Source: Eledone cirrhosa (taxonomy: Eukaryota). Taken from it: DNA of 64,000 bases. Below are positions 26,619 to 40,287 of this stretch, piece after piece. The notes beneath the pieces are model-generated. The model was not told where the DNA came from. It did no database searches and was given only the letters and a program-made list of their open reading frames with translations. Each line of letters opens with the position of its first letter. Position 1 is the stretch's first letter. Both the position numbers and the translations under genes were made by a program. The DNA lies in NCBI GenBank assembly GCA_964016885.1, contig OZ024749.1:35650001-35714000 (forward strand), read 5' to 3'.

Positions 26619-27048
26619 ATATTTAATGTAGAAAAGGCTTCTACAGAACTAGAACATTCCAGAGAAATCATCAGAAAGCGCTTCTTGATGATTGAAACAT
26701 AATGAAACAGTTCTACTCCTGTAGAAGCCTTTTCTACATTAAATATTTATACTCTGTTTTGTATTGAGTACCTTACTTACTGTGGTTACCCCCGATTGAA
26801 CCCGGGATGTACATTTTATGTTTTTCACTCTAGTGGCCTTCTACCCCCTATAATTGAAAACATACTCTTTCGTGTTTTCTTCTTTCTATATTGTATTATG
26901 AAGAGCCCGGTACTTATTCCTTGAGCTCATTAAATTACAGGGATAAAGTACCAGTAATGCACTGGGGGATTGCTGGCCTTGTGCCTAAAGTAGAAACAAT
27001 TAAATTACAGGGATAAACGCAAGTCTTTAATTTCCTTGTTTCATTATA
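26619..27048. mobile_element. Diverged palindromic element with long tail
   Basis: IR 26619-26746; degenerate ttgatga..gaaa core; tail hairpin actc..gagtac 26751-26771; SINE A fragment 26948-27000 inserted with TSD taaattacagggataaa. Confidence 0.65.
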
Positions 27049-27404
27049 CATCATCATCATCATCGTTTTACGTCCGTTCTTCCACGCTAGCATGAGTTAG
27101 ACGGGTTGTCCTGTTGTGGGCAGTGTCTGGTCGGCTGACCATGCCTTGCTCATACAGGAACTGATTTGGCTTATACATATATACATATATATCATCATCA
27201 TCATCATCATCATCTTCGTTTAACGTCCATTTTCCACGCTAGCATGGGTTATATATATAATATATTTATAAAGAGAAGGATAAAATATGGAATGCAATGC
27301 TTTCTAAAAATAGATTCATTCATGACAAGTCAAATGGTTGTATGTTTAGATTGAACAATGTTTCTACTGTGGTTAAGAGTAAGAAAGATCAAGAAAAGAA
27401 AATA

Positions 27405-27481
<77 letters not shown>

Positions 27482-28134
27482 CACACACACACACACATAT
27501 ATCGGTATTATCAACATGTATGTATATATGTGTGTGTGTCTATGTGTGTATATATATGTATATATATATGTGTAGATAGTATATATGTATAGATAGAAAC
27601 AGAAACACACATATATCAATCTTATCAACATGTGTTTATATATATATATATATAATATATATTGATATACAGAGATCAATACATTGGTATTTTTTCAATG
27701 ATTTTGGTTTTGTTTCGCAATAGTTTTTGACACAATGGCTTTTATTTGTATTTCTATTCTTCTAATTATGATGTCAGCTGATCTGCTGGCTGGTCTGTCG
27801 GTGGGTGTGTGGTGCAGTGGGTGGGTTGGTCAGTTAGTTGGCTTGATGCTATGACAATAAATGAGTCAATGGTGACTTTGTTCAGATAACAAGTACTATG
27901 AGATAGATGTCTGTAATTTAGCTTATAAGAAGTGTGTTAAGTCTAAGTTTAGGACAATGTCAACACTTATCAGTTATCTTACTGGTTGTATACACGAAGG
28001 AAAAAAGGAGAAAAATATTAAAATAAAACCAATAACAGCAAGAAGGAATTATTGATTATAAAAATACAATGTTTTATTGATAGTCTTTTATGTAATGAAA
28101 GGAGGGAGATAAAGTGAACAAGCAAGAGAAAGAG

Positions 28135-28506
28135 TGAGGATAGAGAAAGAGTGAGAGAGACTGGGGTAAAGAAAGAGTGAGAGAGACTGGGGTAGAGAAA
28201 GAGTAAGAGAGACTGGGGTAGAGAAAGAGTGTGAGAGACTGGGGTAGAGAAAGAGTAAGAGAGACTGGGGTAGAGAAAGAGTGAGAGAGACTGGGGTAGA
28301 GAAAGAGTGAGAGAGACTGGGGTAGAGAAAGAGTGAGAGAGACTGGGGTAGAGAAAGAGTGAGAGAGACTGGGGTAGAGAAAGAGTGAGAGAGACTGGGG
28401 TGGAGAAAGAGTGAGAGAGACAGGGGTAGAGAAAGAGTGAGAGAGCCAAGGGTAGAGAAAGAGTAAGAGAGCCAAGGGTAGAGAAAGAATGAGAGAGACT
28501 GGGGTA
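28135..28506. repeat. 26-bp minisatellite, about 14 copies
   Basis: Unit gagaaagagtgagagagactggggta. Confidence 0.95.
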
Positions 28507-28815
28507 GTGAAATGGTGTGGGAATATTTGCAGTCATTTTACATCTGGAAAATATTGAAAAGTTCATAAGTTGTGACACAGTAGAAATGCCTAAACTGGAC
28601 GTTACCAGGACTGGGGCTACTATTAAGTTCAACTAGACAGTTTTCTAAAGTGTGTGGCTTAATGGTTAGAATATTTGACTAATGACCTTATGGTCATAGG
28701 TTGTGTTCTTGAGAAAGATATTTCATTTTACTTTGCTTTCCATGATATCACTGGAACTCCTATCATTAAAATTATGAAGAATCCTATGAGATGTAACCTC
28801 AATGAGGCTATTTAA

Positions 28816-29035
28816 CCCTTTAGCATTTAAACCGGCCATATCCGGAGGGAATTCTCATGCCACTTTCTGTTCAAACCGGCTGTCACTGGCCACTCATACC
28901 GACGTTAAGGTATTCTTCTCAAAATAAATAATATCAAAATCTCATGGATTCGATATTATTTGAGATATTATATGGGATAAAGCCTTTACCATGAAAATAC
29001 AATAGTATATATAGAGTAATGTAAATGCTAAAGGG
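28816..29035. mobile_element. piggyBac-type MITE
   Basis: TIR ccctttagcattta / taaatgctaaaggg, TTAA on both sides; inverted copy 53507-53711. Confidence 0.85.
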
Positions 29036-29483
29036 TTAAAGTTTGTGCATGTTATGTGATGTATATGTATGGTTATACTGTATATTTTACAGATAGTTTA
29101 GCACTAGAAGTTTAGGGCCAGAACACTCTCTTGAGGAGGTTTCTTCCCTGAAGACATTCTACTATCCAGCTCTCCTGAGAGTTTCTTACCATTACAGATA
29201 GTTTACCAAGCAGTAATATTGTTGTTGTGGACAACATCCCCAGTTATTGGTCATGGGCATTTTTGTGCCTATGTTTAGCTACTGCCACAGGCCTATTTCA
29301 TTATATATATATCTATACACTATATATACACTATACACTATATATACAGACATTCACTTTATGTATACATCCATTCAACATGTATATACTTATACACTAT
29401 AGTATAAATCATCATTATCATCATCATCGCTTAACGTCCACTTTCCACGGTAGCATGGGTTAGACTCTAAATATATTATATAT

Positions 29484-29515
<32 letters not shown>

Positions 29516-29528
29516 GTGTGTGCATATA

Positions 29529-29560
<32 letters not shown>

Positions 29561-29563
<3 letters not shown>

Positions 29564-29836
29564 TTATTAAAATAACAGATTAAAGTTTAAGCAAAGAATC
29601 GCTGCTTTCACCCTTAACGGGATCTTCTGAAACTAAAAAAGTCAATCTGTGAACGCAGAAGTAAATATTTCAAAAAACGTTGCAACCGAAGGAAGACAGG
29701 ATGACGATACTTTGGTTCGTGGAAACGTTCCCTTCACAAAACATATTTGCTCTACAATTCTTATATATCTGATATATATTTATCCTTATCGAGCCCTCTT
29801 CGGATTTTAGTCTTCAAATTTATTATTATTACTATA
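29561..29836. mobile_element. Family g copy: one long arm plus tail
   Basis: Minus strand cAGAAGA-tccc-gttaa-gggt-GAAA; tail hairpin gctc..gagc 29747-29794. Confidence 0.75.
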
Positions 29837-29837
29837 G

Positions 29838-30055
29838 TGAAGGCGTGTGGCTGAGTGGTTAGAGAATTGGATTTGCAATCGTAAGGTTGTGAGTTCGATT
29901 CCTGGACCAGGCGATGCGTTATGTCCTTGAGCAAGACACTTTATTTAATGTTGCTCCTTCTACCTGGAGTTGCGACCGATAGATAGTATTAGCAATTGGA
30001 AAGACCAACGGAAACATTGTTCCCTCGGTCCGATTTGACGAAAGTCGATCGTTCC
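29838..30055 (+). mobile_element. tRNA-CORE SINE family B
   Basis: A/B boxes, CORE-like domain, distinct 3' part shared with 59124-59332. Confidence 0.85.
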
Positions 30056-30090
30056 TTATATATATATAAAAATATATATAAATATATATA

Positions 30091-30441
30091 ATTGGTGTTG
30101 GATGCTTAAAGCGTCCATATGTGGTAGGCCGTATGAGCACTTGATGCCCTCATGGAGCAGAGTATGATATCACAGAAAAAAGAGGCACGATCGATGTGGT
30201 GATCAAACCTGACTCTGAAGTTGCGCGGTCCTCGGATACGTCTCAATTCTACGAAACAGATTTTCCTATTAATAGGAAAATCTGCTTCGTAGAATCGAGA
30301 CATATCTGAGGACCACGCAACTTCAGAGTCAGGTTTGATCACCACATTGATCGTCCCTCGAGCTGATTGCCCGAGAAACAATTGTAATATGTTCAATAAA
30401 TTCCTTTTGTCGCAACACTGATTCTCTTTTTTCTGTGATAT
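30091..30441. mobile_element. Palindromic hammerhead element plus tail
   Basis: IR 30167-30441 centred 30270/30271, left arm deleted by about 65 nt; tail hairpin gcactt..gagt 30137-30163. Confidence 0.8.
30299..30393 (+). ncRNA. Hammerhead ribozyme with extended stem II
   Basis: gacatat-CTGAGGA-[62 nt: gcaa/ttgc, tcag/ctga, gatca/tgatc]-GAAA-c-aatt-g-TA-atatgtt, AATAAA 30395-30400. Confidence 0.7.
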
Positions 30442-30500
30442 AAATATATATATATATATGTGTGTATAAATATATATATATGTGTGTGTGTGTATAAATT

Positions 30501-30531
<31 letters not shown>

Positions 30532-30535
30532 ATAA

Positions 30536-30587
<52 letters not shown>

Positions 30588-30774
30588 GTATATATGTGTG
30601 TGGGTGTGTGTGTGTGTATATATATATAATATATATGTCCATGCACTGTATATACACCAATTCACATATACACTATATATACACCCACTTAGTTGATGAC
30701 AATAATGACAATAAGATAGGCTTCTACTTCACTATTCTCATCACGTCAAGTCACGACTGTAAAGATATTTAGAG

Positions 30775-31563
30775 GTTGTGGTGGTGGAGGTAATGCTGGT
30801 GATGGTGGTGGTGGCAATGGTGGTGGTGGTGGTGGTGATGGTGGTGGTGATGGCAGTGGTGATGGTAGTGGTGGTAATGATAGTGGTGGTAGCAATGTTG
30901 GGGATGGTGGTGGTGGCAATGGTGATGTTGGTGGTGGTGATGGTGGTGGTGGTGATGGTGGTGGTGGTAAGGATAGTGGTGGTAGCAATGTTGGGGATGG
31001 TGGTAATGGTGCTGGTGGTAATGTTGGTGATGGTGATGGTGGTGGTGGTGGTGGTGGTGGTGGTGGTAGTGGTGGTGGTGATGGTGGTGGTGGTGGTGGT
31101 GGTGGTGATGGTGGTGGTGATGGTGGTGGTGGTAATGATAGTGGTGGTAGCAATGTTGGGGATGGTGGCAATGGTGGTGGTGGTAATGTTGGTGGTGGTG
31201 ATGGTGGTGGTGGTGGTGGTGGTAGTGGTGATGGTGGTGGTGATGGTGGTGGTGGTGGTGATGGTGGTGGTGATGGTGGTGGTGATGGTGGTGGTGGTAA
31301 TGATAGTGGTGGTAGCAATGTTGGGGATGGTGGCAATGGTGCTGGTGGTAATGTTGGTGATGGTGGTGGTGGTGGTGGTGGTGGCAATGGTGATGTTGGT
31401 GGTGGTGATGGTAGTGGTGGTAATGATAGTGGTGGTAGCAATGTTGGGGATGGTGGCAATGGTGCTGGTGGTAATGTTGGAGATGGTGGTAGTAATGTTG
31501 GTGATGTTGGTGGTGATGGTGGTAATGGTGATGTTGGTAATGGTGATGGTGGTGGTGATGATG
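30775..31563. repeat. (GGT/GAT) triplet-based complex repeat
   Basis: Recurring gtagcaatgttggggatg unit. Confidence 0.95.
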
Positions 31564-31627
31564 TGTGCCAGGTACTTTTTGTTGTGACACACACACCCAC
31601 ATACACACACACACACACATATATATA

Positions 31628-32276
31628 AAAATTAAGATTGGTGCTCTGAAATAGCGATGTATACATGAATGTATGTATAGTATATTTGGCAATATACCGT
31701 ATGTTTAATTAAAAACATTTTGAAGACCTTGCGCTATCATTTTTAAAGTAGTGACTATGTCACTTCTTTATTCGGCAAAAGAAGGGAGAGAAGCTGACAG
31801 ATTGTTTCACACTGTTGGCAATCCTCAGAGCCTTTGCTGAAAATTATAGAGGCTGGATTCTTATAGAATTCCAGTAATAATCAGGAACTGATTATACAGA
31901 GTGATTACCAGTCTATTAAAAAATAAAAAATAAAAAATAAAAAATAAAAAATAAAAAATAAAAAATAAAAAATAAAAAATTAGGATTTTAATTTTAATTT
32001 TTAATTTTTGCTGGACTGGCTCTGTATAATCAGTTCCTGATTATTACTGGAATTCTATAAGAATCCAGTCTCTATAATTTTTGGCAAAGGCGGGGAGTAC
32101 AATGCTCTGAGGATCGCCAACAGCGTGAAACAGAATCTGTCAGCTTCTCTCCCTTCTTTTGCCGAATAAAGAAGTAAGTGACATAGTCACTACTTTAAAA
32201 ATGATAGCGCAAGGTCTTCAAAATGTTTTTAATTAAACATGCGGTATATTGCCAAATATACTATACATACATTCAT
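31628..32276. mobile_element. Palindromic hammerhead element, about 250-bp arms
   Basis: IR 31665-32276 around an (AAAAAT)n spacer; hammerhead 32104-32144(+) gct-CTGAGGA-tcgc..gcgt-GAAA-caga-a-tctg-TC-agc. Confidence 0.82.
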
Positions 32277-32284
32277 ATATATAT

Positions 32285-32772
32285 ACTTAGGTTAATAGGA
32301 GTTAGGTATTGTATACCCGTGCCCCATTAAGGTATTGGCAGCATAATAATTAGCTCTATGCTTTGGAGCAGAGCCGTATATATGATAAAGCAGAGCTGTA
32401 TATATGATAAAGCAGAGCCGTATATATGATAAAGAACACAAGAGCGTCTACAACATCAAAAGATTTTTATTGGCTTACAATGTTTCTTCCTTACGTAACC
32501 GTAGGATTCGTCAGAGCTATAAAAGGGGTTTGATTGGTGTTATGGACTCTACCAACCAAACATTCAAGAACAAAGAGTAAAGAGAGTAAAGAGCAAAAGT
32601 AGGGGACGATAAGTCTAATTTTGGTGCGGGAGGGTGGGGTGTGGGTCCTTGTTTACTAGCTGCGGTCATATTCATTCCCGGGAGTCGAGTGGTTAGCTGA
32701 ACCATAGATGGGGTGGCGTCGATAGTATGGTGCAGAGGGTGTGCAGAAGCTACACAAACACAAAGGGCATAC
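32285..32772 (-). mobile_element. Single-arm hammerhead element plus tail
   Basis: Hammerhead 32473-32518(-) gct-CTGACGA-atcctacg-gtta-cgtaaggaa-GAAA-c-att-g-TA-agc, then AATAAA; hairpin gctc..gagc 32353-32374; 22-bp triplication 32367-32432. Confidence 0.75.
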
Positions 32773-32856
32773 AATATGTATATATATATATAGCGGAGGA
32801 GAAAGTACATGAGGTAATTAGAAATGGAAAAAGAGTAATAATAATAATCTATAATT

Positions 32857-33072
32857 ACCCAGCGGTCATCCTCCATGTGCATCACATGTCCATACCATCT
32901 CAGCCTTCTCTCCTGCACACCACAACTTATCCCTCTTATACCCAGTTTCTTTTTCAACTCGTCTATGCTTGGTCGTTCATGCACATTGACATTGCACATC
33001 CAACGGAGCATACTTGCTTCATTTCTCTCCAGCCGTGGCATATCCTCTGCAGTTGCTGCTCATGTCTCACTA
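32857..33072 (-). mobile_element. RTE LINE internal fragment
   Basis: Near-identical to 21862-22077. Confidence 0.9.
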
Positions 33073-33904
33073 CATTATGTTGATATTTTGAGACATCATT
33101 CCTACTCAATTACCGCCGAGGTTAACTTTGCCTTTCATCCTTACGGGGTCGATAAAATAAAGCACAAGTAATACACTGGGATAATTGCTGGCCTTGTGCC
33201 AAAAGTAGAAACATATATATCTTCTGAAAGACTAGTGTCCAAAAGGTTAAGGCTCTCTTCCTGATATTTCAAGTGTTAAACTAATATATTTCTTCTCTGT
33301 ACTGTGCTGTTTGTTTTGTTATTTTTGTTATTGCTTTTAAATACATATATGTATATCATTATCATCATTTAACGTCAATCTTCTATGTTAGCATGCATTA
33401 TATATGTATAAAAGGCAGTGCCTCAGTATGGTCACAGTCTGACTGACTGAAGCCAGTGATGTTATGTATCAACAAAATAAAGATAAAAAGAAGGTTAGTG
33501 ATGGGGTAGAAATGGGGAAGGGGACAAATTATAGGCTGGGTGATATACCTCAACTGAGCCCCATGGCGGACAAGATGCCAAAGGTATTGTTACATAGAAC
33601 TGCAGAACTCTATGCAAGAAAGAAACAACACATTTTATTGGATTTGGTTAGAAAATCTTAATCTTTACTTTACAGTTGATAGAGTAAAAGAAACTATGAG
33701 AATGGGATTGTGGTTGAAGTGAGGAGGGTGATAGGGGGAGTAGTGGGAGGAGGGGCGGGAATAGAGTGGGAAGGAAGAGAGTGGGAGGAGGAAAACGGTT
33801 GAGGTAGGAGGGAAGAAAGAATTAGATTTATAATGAACAGATGTGGATGGTGGGATGTGAGGACTAAAAATAAGCTTTCCAATAATGAAGTCACGAAGTT
33901 ATTT

Positions 33905-34271
33905 CATGATCATCGTGATTGGCATCATCGTCATCACCATCATCACCATTATTATCATCATCATCATCATCATTGTGATCATTACTAACCTTGTTGTCAT
34001 CATCATTGTCATCAACATCACCAATACCATCATCATCATCATCATCATCATCACCACCAACACCATTAACAACACAGGCAATAGCAATAGCAATAGCCCC
34101 TCCCTACAACCACCTCCACCACCATCACCACCACCACCACCACCACCACCACCACCACCACCAGTAGCAGCAGCATCACCACCATCTTCATCATTACCAT
34201 CACCATTATTACCCCACCACCACCACCAGCACCACCACCACTGTCATCACCACCATCCCACCAATACCATT

Positions 34272-34302
<31 letters not shown>

Positions 34303-34451
34303 TCATCAACACTAACTCCAATATTACTTCTCTGCAACCACTGTCATCACCACCGCCACCACTGTCATCACCACCACCATCACTCCGCACCACCATCCCA
34401 CCAATACCACCACCACCACCATCCCACCAATACCACCACCACCACCACCAC

Positions 34452-34486
<35 letters not shown>

Positions 34487-34580
34487 ACACTAACTCCAAT
34501 ATTACCTCCCCGCCACCACTGTCATCATCACCACCACCATCACTCCGCACCACCATCCCACCAATACCACCACCACCACC

Positions 34581-34614
<34 letters not shown>

Positions 34615-34701
34615 TCATCAACACTAACTCCAATATTACCTCTCCACCACCACTGTCATCACCACCACCACCACTCCGCACCACCATCCCACCAATACCA
34701 T

Positions 34702-34736
<35 letters not shown>

Positions 34737-34772
34737 CCATCATCAACATCATCATCATCAACAATAACTCCA
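33905..34772. repeat. (CAT/CAC) triplet repeat with higher-order units
   Basis: Recurring catcaacactaactccaatattac. Confidence 0.9.
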
Positions 34773-35154
34773 ATAGAGAAGAGAGGGGAAAAGTTAGAGT
34801 TAATAAAACTAAAGAGGAATATGACCAGAAAGTATGGAAGGTTAACAGAGGTCATTATTTCTGAGACCTCATGACCTCATGACCTCATGACCGCATGACC
34901 TCGATTTATTGAAAGTTATTTTGGTGTAAGGTGAGCTCCAAATAATATTGCCAATATTCCTCTCATTGGATCACTCAATTGTTACGTGTCATTGCCTTTA
35001 TTTTAAAGATTAATGTCTTTTTACATATCTGTCAGTGTGCCTCTTTCTATATATGTGCCTGTCTGTCTGTCTATCTGCCTGTCTGTCTGTCTATCTGCCT
35101 GTCTATCTATCTATCTGTCTGTGTTCATGTCTGTCTTTCTCTATATATATATAT

Positions 35155-35503
35155 GGAGGCATATGGCTTAGTGGTTAGAGCATTGGCCTTGCAATCGAAA
35201 GGTTGTGAGTTCAATTCTCAGACCGGGAGATGTGTTGTTTCTTTGAGCAAGACACTTTATTTCACATTGCTCCAGTTTACTCAGCTGTAGAAATTAGATG
35301 ATAGGGACTGGGGTCCATATCACTCCACTGCAAAGTGGTCGTGGAGGTGCCACGGCAAAAAAGCACCCAGCACTCACTGTAAATGAGGCTGGTGTTAGGA
35401 AGGGCATCCAGCTGTAGAAATCAAGCCAGAATCAGTTCCCGTCCCACCCTTGCAAGCAGGGAAAAAGCGGACGTAAAATGAATGAAATGATGAAATGATG
35501 ATG
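35155..35503 (+). mobile_element. SINE family C
   Basis: tRNA head ggaggcatatggcttagtgg, CORE-like domain, RTE-type tail. Confidence 0.9.
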
Positions 35504-35612
35504 ATATATGCCTGTCTGTCTATCTGTCAGTATGACTTCATGTCGGTCTTTCTATATATATATATATATATGTCTGTCTGTTCATCTATCTATCTGTTAG
35601 TCTGTTTCTGCT

Positions 35613-36752
35613 GTCAAGACCCTTCGAACGGAGGGCTGGGGATGCCATGGCTGACGATGCGTAGACACGCATTAAGACTACGGCACCTCCAGGTATTCCT
35701 CACCGGTCAGCCAGTGTGGGCCCCTTTTGTGAGGCGAGCCTTTCCGAGACTCGTCTCACTCACCGAGCTGCAATCCTGGGTCAAGCAAAAACCGAGAAAA
35801 ATGGGTGACTGACACATTGAATGTGCCCAGGCGCTCACAGCCCTCTGGCAAGTGGATCCGGCAATCAGTGGAGACTCAACCTCAACATTCTATAGAGGGT
35901 TGGTGTGCAGCAAGTGCGACAACGCTCTCAGAGAGGCTCTGGGCATGAAGGAAGACGAGCTATCCAGTATGTTCGGTAGGACGTTTGGCCCGGGACCGAT
36001 GGACAACATCCAAAAGTCCCTGGCTTGGCAGTGCTACCGAGGTGCTCTACCCGTTTGGGACAAGCTCTACAGACACGGGCGCCTGGGTAGGGACCCCTTG
36101 AAGAAGATCTGTCCGAGATGCGTGCGTGACGAGGAAACCGTCACGCACGCATTCGTACACTGCCCGGGCATTGCTGACCTGTGGGGCTATGTGGAACGAC
36201 TACTGTCGCGGGTGGGACCAATCCGGTTGACCACCGAGTACATTGTCAAGATCAAACCGCCTCCCCCCTTCAAAAACGAAGGAGAGGCGGTTTTCCTCTG
36301 TGTGATAGCTATGGCGAAAGAGGTTGTATAGTGGACGAGGTTGAAAGGGTTGAGGTCAGACACATTTCTGGTCCTTTTTTTCAAGTACCATTTTAGAAGA
36401 AGGATCAGAATGGAGAGAGGGGTGCTCTATCCCAGCAAGTTTTATGAAAGGTGGGTGAAAATGGCGAGAATGGCCCGAGTGAATGGGCCTTCTCTCTATA
36501 TCAGCCTGTAGGTGAGAGAGGAGAATAAAGAGGAGAGGAAGGGAGCACCCGCTCTTTGTGCTCCTGAGGAGGAGGGTTGCACATTTTTTTCGGGGGTGGG
36601 TGCGACCCACGTCAACGCCCCCTCCCTATTGAGGACTTTGATAGTTGAATTTATTTGTTATATGTTTTTACCCGTCCTTTGAAATGTATGTAAACCCCCC
36701 CCCCCACCTTGTATTTGTCCCAATCTTTGATGCCCTGGTGGCAAATAAATAG
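35613..36752 (+). mobile_element. Tx1/L1-like LINE 3' part (pseudogene)
   Basis: GGLGMP motif, WQCYRGALP, CPRC..EETVTHAFVHC zinc knuckle, in-frame stops; embedded in (TCTA/TCTG)n. Confidence 0.88.
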
Positions 36753-36759
36753 AAAGTTA

Positions 36760-37061
36760 TCTGTCAGTCTGTCTTTATGTCTGTCTGTCTGTCTGCCAGT
36801 CAGTCTTTCTACACATCTGTCTGTCTGTCAATCTATCTGTCTGTCTGTCTGTCAACATAGCTGTCTGTCTGTCTGTCAACATAGCTGTCTGTCTGTCTGT
36901 CAACATAGCTGTCTGTCAATCTATCTGTCTGTCTGTCTGTCAACATAGCTGTCTATCAACATATCTGTCTGCCTATATGCCAGTCTATCTGTCTGTCCAT
37001 CTGTCTGGCAATATATCTGTCTACATATATGTCTGTCTGTCTATCTGTCTGGCAACATAGC

Positions 37062-37102
<41 letters not shown>

Positions 37103-37838
37103 CTCTGTCTGTCTATCTGTCTGTCTGTCTATCTGTCTGGCAACATAGCTGTCTGTCTGTCTGTCTGTCTATCTCTCTGTCTGTCTATCTGTCTGTCTGT
37201 CTATCTGTCTATCTGTCTGGCAACATAGCTGTCTGTCTGTCTGTCTGTCTATCTCTCTGTCTGTCTATCTGTCTGTCTGTCTATCTGTCTATCTGTCTGG
37301 CAACATAGCTGTCTGTCTGTCTGTCTATCTATCTGTCTGTCTATCTGTCTGGCAACATAGCTGTCTGTCTATCTGTCTGTCTATCTATCTATCTGTCTGG
37401 CAACATAGCTGTCTATGTACATATCTGTCTGTCTGTCTGGCAACATAGTTGTCTATGTACATATCTGTCTGTCTGTCTGGCAACATAGCTGTCTATGTAC
37501 ATATCTGTCTGTCTGTCTGGCAACATAGCTGTCTATGTACATATCTGTCTGTCTGGCAACATAGCTGTCTATGTACATATCTGTCTGTCTGTCTGGCAAC
37601 ATAGCTGTCTATGTACATATCTGTCTGTCTGTCTGGCAATATAGCTGTCTATGTACATATCTGTCTGTCTGTCTATCTGTCTGTCTATCTGACTGTCTGT
37701 CTGGCAACATAGCTGTCTATGTACATATCTGTCTGTCTATCTGTCTGTCTATCTGACTGTCTGTCTGGCAACATAGCTGCCTATGTACATATCTGTCTGT
37801 CTGTCTGTCTGGCAACATAGCTGCCTGTCTGTCTGTCT
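36760..37838. repeat. (TCTG/TCTA)n minisatellite with ggcaacatagct unit
   Basis: Direct reading. Confidence 0.95.
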
Positions 37839-39688
37839 TTATATGTTACAACAACAGTATATGGGTTGTTTGATCAATGGAACTTCTTGCCCATGAAATT
37901 AATGTTCAAGCAACTGAACATTCAACAGACACATGTACCCATAACATAATTCTCAGGGAGATTCAGCTTGACACTGTATGATATAGCTAACCCTTTGATA
38001 CACTTATACATCTGGTTTTTGCCAACTGAGTGAACTGGAACAATGTGAAATAAAGTGTCTTCCTCTAGAAGACATCGTACCAGTGTATAAAACATATGAC
38101 ATTAAAATTGTAAGCCAAACACCCTCCCTCTCGGCTACATACTTTAACATCATCATCACCATCATCATTTTACATCTGCTTTTATATGCTTGCATGGGCT
38201 GGAGTGGTCTTTTCCAACAAAGTCTTCTTCTATTTATTGTATTGTAAGATTCATTATTTTGAGATGAGCTCTCACAATCTCTGTTCAGGTCTTTCATGGT
38301 TTCCTTCTACTGCAGCCTCCTTTCACTGGCATTTCTTTCTACTTTTTCACCCAATGATCATCATCCATACACATCACATGTCTATACCACTACAGTCTTC
38401 TCTCTTGCACACTGTTCATGCATATTAATATATATTTTATGACACACACACACCCGTGTTGGTGATCTACATTGTAAATATAACTAGTACATGCTGTAAA
38501 GTGGTTGATGAAAGGAAGGGCATCCAGCTATAGAAAGCTTACCAAGCAGAGGGTTTGGAAGACCCTTCAGTTGTTTTAAAGACAAAAGAACTTCTCTAGT
38601 GCTGGTGCCATGATAAAATGCACTCAGTAGAGCATGGGACCATATATAAGCACAATGTGAAGTCCTGGCTGGTCTGTAAAGTCAGTAGCCCTGCTTCAGT
38701 ACTGACATGATCTGTGAAGACCTATCTAATCCTTGTTAACAGGGAACGCGAACATTAGATAATGATGGCGACATATGTGTGTATGTATGTAAGTATGTAT
38801 GTATGTTGCAGCATCATCATCTCCGTTTAACGTCCACTGTATGTAGACTAGTATGGAAAATAGATGTTGAACTTTGATGATGATGTACATATATATATGT
38901 GTGTGTGTGTATGTGACTAAGTAAAAGCTGTCTTGTGTTTTTCTGTTAGTTAAGTATCCATTCCAACAGTGGAGACTTCACTGAGCATCTCTGGTCATAG
39001 TACAAGACCTCTTCTTCCATTATATCTGGAGATATTAATGTTGTGTGTGTGTATGTCAGTTTTTTGATTGATGTAGTCTCAAGTTTCCTAGTTTGCTGGT
39101 TTTCCTGTCTGACTTGTATATCTCTAATAACTTCTAGTTTATCATATTGGAATTGTACTATACAGCTTACAACCGAGACAACTGCAGTGATATTTATTGC
39201 TTCCATTTTAAGTTTTTAAAAGTTTGTTTCACTCTTTAGTGTTATCATAGGCTGTCAGATAATATTCCCTTTAGATTAACATTTCCACATGTGTGTGTGT
39301 ATATATATATATGAATACATATATATATATATATAATGTATATATATGTGTATATATATGTATACATTTATAAGGTATATATATATATATAATGTATATA
39401 AATGTATATATATATATATATAAAGTTTTGTTTTCAATAACAGTATCCAAGTAGATATATGTACCTCATTTGTTGTGATGGTCTGTGGCTTAGTGGTTAG
39501 AAATGTTTGACTCACGATTGTAATATCATGAGTTTGATCCTCAGTGGCATGTTTTGTCCTTGAGCAAGACACTTTATTTCACATTGCTCCATTCAACTCA
39601 GCTGAAAAAATGAGTTGTATCTGTATTTCAAATGGTCAGCATTGTAACACACTGTGACATGCTGAATCTCCCTGAGTGTTATGTCAAG

Positions 39689-39853
39689 CAGGTATGTCAA
39701 ACTGAGGGTCTCCTGAGGGCCACATGGGTCACATATTTGTTGTCTGAGGGCCACATATGACAATTAATTGCGCACATTACGACTAATATTTTTTTTTTAT
39801 ATTATTCTCGCACTGTAAAAACCTTTGTGCGGGCTGCATATTTGACATGCCTG
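39689..39853. mobile_element. hAT MITE inserted in an old SINE
   Basis: TIR caggtatgtcaaa / tttgacatgcctg; 8-bp TSD atgtcaag/atgtaaag. Confidence 0.8.
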
Positions 39854-40271
39854 ATGTAAAGGTGACACATGTTTGTGGAATGTTGAACCACTTATCCTAT
39901 AATACAAGATAGATTGTTTCTATAATTCAAAGGGCAACCCTTGTCATACACTGTGCCACTCTGAATCTCTCTGAGTGTTCTGTTAAGGGTATATTTATCC
40001 ATGGAATACTCAGCTGCTTACATGTTAATTTCAGGAGCAGGCTGTCCCATTGTTTAAACAACTAGAATACTTATTGTTGGAACTGATGGAGGACCAACAC
40101 ATACACAAACACATACACTCACACACACATACACACACTCAAGAAATCACTCTCTCCTGCTTCTCTCTGTCTCCAGTGTTTTGCTGTTAATTCTTACTGT
40201 TTCCTTATCTGTAGCTATATTTCTTTGTGTCAATCCCTGTGTCAACTTCTATAAATCTAATTTTTTATCCA

Positions 40272-40287
40272 CCACATGGTGGCGCTA
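40272..40287 (+). promoter_or_regulatory. CTCF-like motif
   Basis: CCACATGGTGGCGCTA in unique DNA; motif match only. Confidence 0.3.

Noticed and set aside
35155-35230. tRNA-like sequence (also at 7330-7398, 25700-25776, 29838-29910, 52365-52437)
   Set aside because: SINE heads followed by CORE-like domains; no proper acceptor stem.
38946-39206. 86-aa non-repetitive ORF on the minus strand
   Set aside because: No recognisable domain or splice support; this length can arise by chance.
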